Shown here: positions 25,649 through 32,000 of the stretch, one piece after another
Layout: every line of letters starts with the position of its first letter
Numbering within the stretch: the first letter of the stretch is position 1
Assembly (NCBI GenBank): GCA_004284765.1
Contig: NQJD01000004.1
Location: forward strand, 90,263-122,262
DNA: 32,000 nt
Direction: 5' to 3'
Source: Candidatus Electronema aureum
GTDB lineage: Bacteria; Desulfobacterota; Desulfobulbia; Desulfobulbales; Desulfobulbaceae
Made by a program: the position numbers and the translations under genes
Notes under the pieces: model-generated
The model's input: only the letters and a program-made list of their open reading frames with translations
What the model was told of the DNA's origin: nothing
Database searches by the model: none

Positions 25649-27346
25649 TCATGGCTTGCCGATCATCTCCTGCATCCTGATGATGGTTTTCTCCTTACTC
25701 CAGAAATAGAGCGGATTGCCGCTGTCGTCGCTTTCCGCAGCAACGAGGCGGAAGCGGCCCGGCTGCTCCGTGCTTCGTAAGACCTGAAAATCAACGGTAT
25801 AACCGGGAACTTGCTGCGTTTCCCAGAGGTTATTCATCCGGCTGCCATCCCAGCTCAGGACAGAGACCGAAGAACCCTCGAACCAGCGTAGGCTTTTAAA
25901 GTATTTGACGCTCGTTACCCGGTTACGGCTGACGATGATCTCTGGTTTACCGTCGCCGGTCATATCTTGGGCAATCAAGCGAGTGTGAAGATACATCCGG
26001 TTGCGTTCATGGGGCTGATCTACCTCAGCCTGCCGCCTGCTTGCCAAGGAGCCGAGGGCATCGCGGCTTGCACCATAGCTTTCTTCGCTCTTCCAAAGCG
26101 TTTTTTGTTCCTGATTCAGAATCAGCAGCTTGTTCTCCTCGGTCAGACCGACAAACTCGCGCCTGCCGTCCTGATCAAGATCAACGCGGATGAAATCATA
26201 TAAACCGAAGCCTTGGGGAACTTGCACTTCCTCGGCCCGGCTGAGATCGCCCGCCCGATTGAGGCTTATGCGGTAAATGTTGCCGCCTGCTTGACCGAGC
26301 AGCACCGGCTTGCCTGCTGAATCACTATCCGGGCGAAGATAGAAAGGCACCTGATCATGCAGGGTGTAGAACTTTTTGCCATCCCAAGCCATCACTAACG
26401 AAGAGGGAACACTGCCGCTGCTGGCTGAGATGTAAATTTCCAAGCGGCTGTCGTTATCGAGATCAGCTAAGTGAACGCTGTGCAAACCGAGATAGCTCGA
26501 CAGCGGCAACTCGGCAATTTGCTGAAACCGGTCTGAACTGAAGCGGCAGAGGATCAATTTACCCTGCTCCAGCAAAACGATTTCTTCTCTGCCGTCACCG
26601 TCCACATCGCCTGCATCCATCGCTCGGAGAGAAAGAGCTAACGCGCCGCTGTGTTGGCTATTCAGTACGTTCAAGGGACCGCTGCCGACAGAAGTAGTGG
26701 CAATGGTAGACTGCTCACTCATGGCATAAAGTCCGTTTCGATAGGCTTTATCAGGATGGGAGGTTTGAAAACCGCTGATGCCGTCTTTATCTGCCACAGC
26801 AGGTAGTTCCTCTTCAGCCACTTTTTGGTGAAAAACCTTGGTGGCGATTTCATCAGCCAGCGCATCAAGAGTCGGAATAGTCTTGTCCAAGGCATCAATG
26901 CGGCGCGAAAAAGAAGCTGGCGCAGCTTTGCCGCTCCTGAAGACATGAATCAGGATTTCATAGCCTTGTTCCTGCTGCTCTAAGTTGCCGAGGAATAGAT
27001 AATCACCGTGCATATTTTTGAGAATCTTTTTCGCCTCTTGCTGATTGCCTTGCTGAAGCATCTCTTCTAATCCGCCGGTTTTATCAGCTCCATACACTGC
27101 GGCCAAGCCGGTGCGGTCAGCCATGCGGGTGGCTAAGACGCTGGTCAATCCGGTACGAAGATGATCCTGCGGCGGCTGACTTTTCACCGTGAAGGGCAGG
27201 AAGACAATTTTGCCTTGCTTGGCTTCGGCGTGTGTGTCAACTGCCAATACGGCTGCGGGTAGGGCCGCAAGAAATAGAATAAACAGCAGGACGAACTGGC
27301 AGAGCTGGTTGCCGACAGCCAGCCAACTATCTGAATACGCTTTCAT
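25649..27346 (-). CDS. Secreted FG-GAP/VCBS repeat protein
   Basis: N-terminal signal-like segment (FVLLFILFLAALPAAVLAV). Calcium-binding-type repeats recur: DVDGDGREEIVLL, DLDNDSRLEIYI, DLDQDGRREFVGL, DMTGDGKPEIIVS. GGAG lies 7 nt before the ATG. Confidence 0.8.
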   Translation of the reverse strand: MKAYSDSWLAVGNQLCQFVLLFILFLAALPAAVLAVDTHAEAKQGKIVFLPFTVKSQPPQDHLRTGLTSVLATRMADRTGLAAVYGADKTGGLEEMLQQGNQQEAKKILKNMHGDYLFLGNLEQQEQGYEILIHVFRSGKAAPASFSRRIDALDKTIPTLDALADEIATKVFHQKVAEEELPAVADKDGISGFQTSHPDKAYRNGLYAMSEQSTIATTSVGSGPLNVLNSQHSGALALSLRAMDAGDVDGDGREEIVLLEQGKLILCRFSSDRFQQIAELPLSSYLGLHSVHLADLDNDSRLEIYISASSGSVPSSLVMAWDGKKFYTLHDQVPFYLRPDSDSAGKPVLLGQAGGNIYRISLNRAGDLSRAEEVQVPQGFGLYDFIRVDLDQDGRREFVGLTEENKLLILNQEQKTLWKSEESYGASRDALGSLASRRQAEVDQPHERNRMYLHTRLIAQDMTGDGKPEIIVSRNRVTSVKYFKSLRWFEGSSVSVLSWDGSRMNNLWETQQVPGYTVDFQVLRSTEQPGRFRLVAAESDDSGNPLYFWSKEKTIIRMQEMIGKP

Positions 27347-27415
27347 GATTGAACTCCGATAGTACGATTTTTTATTGCGAAGCTATGTTAAGTTCTTATT
27401 CTACTGAATCTTCGA

Positions 27416-28822
27416 TCAAAAATACACTCCTTTAATCTCCGCCGTACCGCCGTCCTGCACACCGCTTAAAATCCGCTTTGCCACCTTCCACGCCTCCTTG
27501 TGCATATCATTAATGCCGATGCCCTGCCAGCCAAAGCCGCAAATATGGAGGCTGTCGAGCATCTCGTGCATCTGGTTTCGCCAGGCAAGCAGGGCCGGAT
27601 AGCCTTCCTCCATCTGCGGGATGCCCCATCTTGGTCGCAGCACCCGGCTGAAGACTGGCGGATCGGGCAGCTCCATCAGCTGCTTGATGTCTTCATAAGC
27701 CCGCGCCACGATTTCCTCATCCGGCAGTTCCAGCCGCTCTGGGTGCCTGCGCCCGCCGACTAAAGTCTCCACTAATAGATGTCCTTCCGGGGCGCGTCCT
27801 GGGAACATGTGCGAGGAGAAGAGGGTGCCGAGAGCGAAACGCTGTTCCTGCTCCGGGGCGAGATAACCAAAGCCAAAGGGAACCTGCGCCTTGTCAGCGG
27901 CAAAGCCCATCGCCACGGTGGCGAGCTTGGCTTCCGGGATAGACTGCATAGGCGGTTCCGGTAAACCTGCGCCGACCAGCAATTCAAGGCAACGATTAAC
28001 CGGCAGAGCGATGATCAGGTGGCGGGCGTGCAATTCAAGCTGGCCGGTGCGCACCAGCCAGCCGTTGCCGGTCTGCTCGACACTGCGGGCAGCGGTGCGG
28101 TACATGATTTCCTGATTGGGAATCAGCTTGGCGGCCATTGCCTGCGGCAAGCGGGCCATGCCGGTGCGGAAGCTGGTCATCGCGGGCAGCCCTTTCCGCT
28201 TCTTGTCCTTCTTTTCTTTTCTTGCCGCGAGCATTTTGGCGATGCCGCCGCGCAGCACCGAGCCATGTTCAAGCTCTAATTTCCGCAGGCCGGGCATCAC
28301 GCCTTCTATTTTCAGCCGCTCAATATCGCCCGCGTAGGTGCCGGTGAAGACGGCATCGGCAAAAGGCAGCATCGCCTTGCCGAAACGGTGTTCGATCCAC
28401 TCGGCAACGGTCGGCTCATCTGGCAAAGGCTTTTTCCATAAGTCCGCCATGACTCGAAACTTAGCGGGCCACGACATCAGCGGTGCTTTAATGATCTTGC
28501 CCGGACTTTGCGGGATCAGATTGAGCTTGCCGTCTAAACAAATATAACGGACAAACTTCGACAGCGGGGCTTTTTCCACCTCATTCGCCAAGCCAGCCTC
28601 ATGAATCAACACCCGGCTTTCAAGACAGTTGTCCAAAAAGCCATGCGGCCCGCCTTCAGCCAAATAACCTTCCTCCAAATGCGAGCGCACGGCCCCGCCG
28701 GGCTGTTCTTCCCGCTCAATGACTAACAGAGAAATATCCGGCTGCTTGTGCTTGAGGAAGGTGGCGGCGGCAAGGCCGGACAAACCGGCTCCGATGATCA
28801 AGACATCTTTGGATGAATTCAT
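27416..28822 (-). CDS. hemY: Protoporphyrinogen/coproporphyrinogen oxidase (HemY family, FAD-dependent)
   Basis: Dinucleotide-binding motif VLIIGAGLSGLAAA...EREEQPGGAVRS, and the overall length and pattern of HemY-type oxidases. The start is taken at ATG 28822; the track start at 28837 is a TTG. Confidence 0.8.
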   Translation of the reverse strand: MNSSKDVLIIGAGLSGLAAATFLKHKQPDISLLVIEREEQPGGAVRSHLEEGYLAEGGPHGFLDNCLESRVLIHEAGLANEVEKAPLSKFVRYICLDGKLNLIPQSPGKIIKAPLMSWPAKFRVMADLWKKPLPDEPTVAEWIEHRFGKAMLPFADAVFTGTYAGDIERLKIEGVMPGLRKLELEHGSVLRGGIAKMLAARKEKKDKKRKGLPAMTSFRTGMARLPQAMAAKLIPNQEIMYRTAARSVEQTGNGWLVRTGQLELHARHLIIALPVNRCLELLVGAGLPEPPMQSIPEAKLATVAMGFAADKAQVPFGFGYLAPEQEQRFALGTLFSSHMFPGRAPEGHLLVETLVGGRRHPERLELPDEEIVARAYEDIKQLMELPDPPVFSRVLRPRWGIPQMEEGYPALLAWRNQMHEMLDSLHICGFGWQGIGINDMHKEAWKVAKRILSGVQDGGTAEIKGVYF

Positions 28823-28900
28823 GGCGGGCAGAATCAAGGAGAGGATTATCGCTGTTAAACAAACGGCAGGTTTAAGTTTAGCAGTGTTTTCTTGGAATTA

Positions 28901-29737
28901 TTATTGTCTACCGGAATGTTGTTTGTAATAACTGTACAATTTTCCCCTAAATATCTTCTCGTAGGTTAAATGAAATCCCTGTTGATCAGAAATGAAAGTT
29001 TTTGATCGTTTGAATTCGCTAACGATGCTTTCAGCACATGATTTATCTAATTGCTTTGGTAAGGGAACCTCGCTCTTGCCAAGATGCCACTGAAAACAGC
29101 CAGCCACGAAATCAGCGGCAAGGAGAAGAGGTTCTTCTTGCTCCGTTTTTAGGGCAACATTAGACATTTTAATCTCTAAGTTATATTTCTCTTTTAGCTT
29201 TGAACGATTGTGATAATCGTGACACATATCATAAAACATGTCGGCGTTTTCTTCTCCTTGAATATCAGTGTCGCAGATCATGGTAATATCTAATATAGAA
29301 TATCCTGCTGGAGTTATTATCTTTGGCAATCCCTGGCATCGTAAACAGTAGCCTACTGCTTGCGTGCTTCCTCTGCGAAAGGAATCATAGCGAATAATAG
29401 TTGAAGGCTTAAGAAAGCCAATACGAGATTTTTCCGCAGACGCAATAACACTATGAAACTGCATTCCTTCATTCCAAAAGTTTTCCCACATTGGTTGCAT
29501 TTTCTCTATTTGCATCACCGAAATAGCCATCGCATTATCGAGAATAGCCCTGACCATTTTTGTGGCGGTACTGTTGTCTATATCACGCCACTTTTTTCCA
29601 ACGATGCTTATTGAGTTCCGTGCTTCCTCGACTTCTGCCGTATCAACTATGATTCCTCCTACTGTATAGTATGAATGATTAGCCGCTTCTTTTGCGATGA
29701 TGCCTGAACCATCTAAAAACAATGAATATTTTTTCAT
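28901..29737 (-). CDS. DUF3800-like protein (AT-rich orphan)
   Basis: 278 aa. The N-terminal YSLFLDGSG and the C-proximal LLLAADFVAG resemble the two acidic motifs of DUF3800. The gene is clearly more AT-rich than its neighbours. Confidence 0.5.
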   Translation of the reverse strand: MKKYSLFLDGSGIIAKEAANHSYYTVGGIIVDTAEVEEARNSISIVGKKWRDIDNSTATKMVRAILDNAMAISVMQIEKMQPMWENFWNEGMQFHSVIASAEKSRIGFLKPSTIIRYDSFRRGSTQAVGYCLRCQGLPKIITPAGYSILDITMICDTDIQGEENADMFYDMCHDYHNRSKLKEKYNLEIKMSNVALKTEQEEPLLLAADFVAGCFQWHLGKSEVPLPKQLDKSCAESIVSEFKRSKTFISDQQGFHLTYEKIFRGKLYSYYKQHSGRQ

Positions 29738-29804
29738 GACAATAGGATGGTTAAATCATTCCGCTCGCAAAATTCAGCTCCAGCCCCACCTTCTCCTCCC
29801 CATC

Positions 29805-29832
29805 TTGACACCAGCCTGATCGTGCTTATTGT
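29805..29832 (+). promoter_or_regulatory. Possible promoter of htpG
   Basis: TTGACA (29805-29810), 16-nt spacer, TATTGT (29827-29832), about 80 nt upstream of the ATG. Match found by eye only. Confidence 0.35.
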
Positions 29833-29909
29833 TGCGGCACAATCCGTTATCTAACCACAGATATACTGTCCAGACCATAAAAAAACACCTGCCAACGAGG
29901 ATGCCGATC

Positions 29910-31790
29910 ATGACCGCACAGGCTCAGACTAAGGAATTTCAGGCCGAGACCAGAAAGGTGCTCGATATTGTCATCAATTCGCTCTACACCGAGCGGGACA
30001 TCTTTGTCCGCGAATTGGTCTCCAACGCTGCGGACGCGCTGGAGAAATTCCGCCATGTCTCGCTGACCGAGAAGCCGGAATTTGATGCCCATGTGCCGCT
30101 GGAAATCACCATTGATTGCAATGACAAGAAGCACATTCTGACCATCACCGACACCGGCATCGGCATGACCGCCGCAGAGCTGGAGGCCAACTTGGGCACC
30201 ATCGCCCATTCCGGCTCCGGCAAATTTCTCGCCGAGCTGGCCGAGACCGCGAAGAAAGATGTCAATCTGATCGGCAAGTTCGGCGTGGGTTTCTACTCGG
30301 CGTTCATGGCCGCCAAGACGGTCAAAGTGCAAAGCCGCTCCTGGGACGGCAGCCAGGGCCACGAATGGTTTTCGGACGGCAACGGCAGCTACACCATCAG
30401 TGTCTGCGACGGCCTGCATCGCGGCACCAAAATTGTCATGGAGCTGAAGGAGGATGCGCACGATTACGGCCAGAAATTCACCATCGAGCGGATCATCCAG
30501 CAGTATTCCACCTTCATTCCTTTCCCGGTCAAAGTCGAAGGCAAGAAGGTCAACACCGTTGAAGCCATCTGGACGCGGGCGAAAAGCGAAATCAAAGACG
30601 AAGAGTACACCGAGTTCTACAAATTCGTGGGCAATGCTTACGATGAGCCGCTCTACCGCTATCATTTCTCTGCCGACAGTCCGTTAGCTATCAACGCGCT
30701 CCTGTTTGTGCCGAAAGACAACTTTGAATCTATCGGCTTGGGCCGGATGGATCCGGGCGTGAATCTGTATTGCCGCCGGGTGCTGATTGATCAGCACAGC
30801 AAGAACATCCTACCGGAATGGCTGCGTTTTCTCAAAGGCGTGGTGGATTCCGAAGACCTGCCGCTGAACATCTCCCGCCAGTCGCTCCAAGACAACGCCC
30901 TTGTCGCCAAAATCCGCAAAGTCATCACCAAACGCTTCATCAAATTCATGGAGGAGGAGGCGAAAAACGACGCGGAGAAATACCAAGGCTTCTGGAAAAC
31001 CTTTGGCATTTTCATTAAAGAGGGAGCGACCTCTGATTATGAATACCAGGCCGAGCTGGCAAAATTGCTCCGCTTTGAATCATCGGCAACAGAGGCTGGC
31101 AAAATGACATCTCTGGAAGATTATGTCAGCCGGATGAAGGAAGGGCAGAAGGAGATGTACTACATCAGCGGCCCCAGCCGGGCTGCGGTTGAGAACGGCC
31201 CGTATGTCGAGATGTTCAAAAAGCGGAACATCGAGATCATTTACACTTTGGAGCCGATTGACGACTTTGTGCTGTCGCATCTCGGCACTTTTGATGAGAA
31301 GAATCTGCTTTCTGCTGACCGCGCCGACCTTCGTCTGCCAGAAAACACGGATAAAACCGAGCAGGAAAAGGCTGATGACGCAGGCAAGGAGAAACTTGCC
31401 GAGGCCGTGCAGACTTCGCTCTGCAAATGGATGAAGGAAGTGCTGGGCGAGAAGGTTCAGGAGGTCAAGCCGTCGAGCCGCCTGGTTGACAGCCCGGCCA
31501 TGATTGTCAGCGTGGGCGGCCAGATAACCTCGACAATGGAGCGGATTCTGTCCAGCCAGAATCATGGCAAGCACAACCCGATGACGATGGGCAACAAGAA
31601 GGACATGGAGATCAATCCGGCCAGCGGGTTGATTAAGAAAGTCGCTGATCTGCGCGTTAAAGATCAGGATTTTGCCAAGGAGCTGGCCGAGCAGATTTAC
31701 GACAACGCCATGATTCAGGCTGGTTTGCTGATCGACCCGCAGCAGATGGTCAGCAGGAACTACCGGATTTTGGAGCGAATTGCGGGGTGA
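29910..31790 (+). CDS. htpG: Molecular chaperone HtpG (Hsp90)
   Basis: MTAQAQTKEFQAETRKVLDIVINSLYTERDIFVRELVSNAADA, plus the GHKL ATPase motifs DTGIGMT and GKFGVGFYSAF. GAGGA lies 10 nt before ATG 29910, so the track start at 29829 is too long. Confidence 0.96.
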   Translation: MTAQAQTKEFQAETRKVLDIVINSLYTERDIFVRELVSNAADALEKFRHVSLTEKPEFDAHVPLEITIDCNDKKHILTITDTGIGMTAAELEANLGTIAHSGSGKFLAELAETAKKDVNLIGKFGVGFYSAFMAAKTVKVQSRSWDGSQGHEWFSDGNGSYTISVCDGLHRGTKIVMELKEDAHDYGQKFTIERIIQQYSTFIPFPVKVEGKKVNTVEAIWTRAKSEIKDEEYTEFYKFVGNAYDEPLYRYHFSADSPLAINALLFVPKDNFESIGLGRMDPGVNLYCRRVLIDQHSKNILPEWLRFLKGVVDSEDLPLNISRQSLQDNALVAKIRKVITKRFIKFMEEEAKNDAEKYQGFWKTFGIFIKEGATSDYEYQAELAKLLRFESSATEAGKMTSLEDYVSRMKEGQKEMYYISGPSRAAVENGPYVEMFKKRNIEIIYTLEPIDDFVLSHLGTFDEKNLLSADRADLRLPENTDKTEQEKADDAGKEKLAEAVQTSLCKWMKEVLGEKVQEVKPSSRLVDSPAMIVSVGGQITSTMERILSSQNHGKHNPMTMGNKKDMEINPASGLIKKVADLRVKDQDFAKELAEQIYDNAMIQAGLLIDPQQMVSRNYRILERIAG

Positions 31791-31812
31791 TTCCGTAAAG
31801 TGCTTATCGTTT

Positions 31813-31840
31813 GCAGGGGCAGAAAAAATTTCTCCCCTGC
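31813..31840 (+). terminator. Hairpin, likely the htpG terminator
   Basis: GCAGGGG(C)AGAAA-aaa-TTTCTCCCCTGC forms a 12-bp stem with one bulge, 23 nt after the htpG stop. The T-rich tract (CTTACTTTTTAT) is not immediately adjacent, so confidence is moderate. Confidence 0.5.
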
Positions 31841-32000
31841 TCATAAAACTTACTTTTTATAAAATTTATGTTACTGTCTCACCTTACGCAACAAGCCTTA
31901 CAGGATTCAGTTGAAGCAAGGCAACGTAAGCCGATTGAAGGGCTTTCAGGTAGAGCTTGGATTTGAGTGCAAAGTGATTGATCTGAGTTGAGCGTTTGAG

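Noticed and set aside
29738-29909. CIRCE or sigma32 heat-shock elements upstream of htpG
   Set aside because: There is no TTAGCACTC-N9-GAGTGCTAA-like inverted repeat. A CCCCAT string overlaps the -35 region, but it is not positioned as a sigma32 -10 element.
29847-31844. Antisense ORFs inside htpG (29847-30665, 31080-31844)
   Set aside because: Same reasoning. They are fully contained in, or opposite to, a confidently identified Hsp90 gene.
31845-32000. Possible structured RNA or gene start after htpG (TTACG..CCTT / AAGG..CGTAA partial inverted repeat)
   Set aside because: The pairing is imperfect, there is no recognisable family and the region is truncated by the window edge. I cannot support it.

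Overview
GC-rich bacterial chromosomal window. The gene content resembles an anaerobic Desulfobacterota-type genome, but the taxon cannot be established from sequence alone. The housekeeping backbone, left to right, is: gltA (3' partial), radA, a giant BcrAD/BadFG-type activase-like ATPase, a TPP-riboswitch-led thiamine cluster (thiS-thiG-thiH ... thiE-thiC), a PDT-ACT-TyrA fusion, valS, a secreted FG-GAP protein, a HemY-like oxidase and htpG. Several accessory inserts interrupt it. (1) An AT-rich PUA-like/HNH nuclease gene is wedged against radA, with a DUF4145 gene on the other side of radA. (2) A block inside the thi cluster holds an orphan membrane protein, a RAYT-type HUH transposase, a cupin and hicA-hicB; it comes with REP-like hairpin doublets and two related arrays of 23-nt tandem repeats. 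(3) A four-gene NLR-like module sits directly behind valS and ends at a relic internal fragment of valS. (4) An AT-rich DUF3800 orphan lies between the HemY-like gene and htpG. The best candidate for an undescribed system is the module at 19012-22614. It has an NB-ARC ATPase with no fused sensor, two stand-alone TPR paralogs with almost identical 49-aa heads and divergent bodies, and a 129-aa protein whose first 31 residues match the NB-ARC N-terminus. All coordinates, alignments and identity counts were done by eye; no database search was possible.
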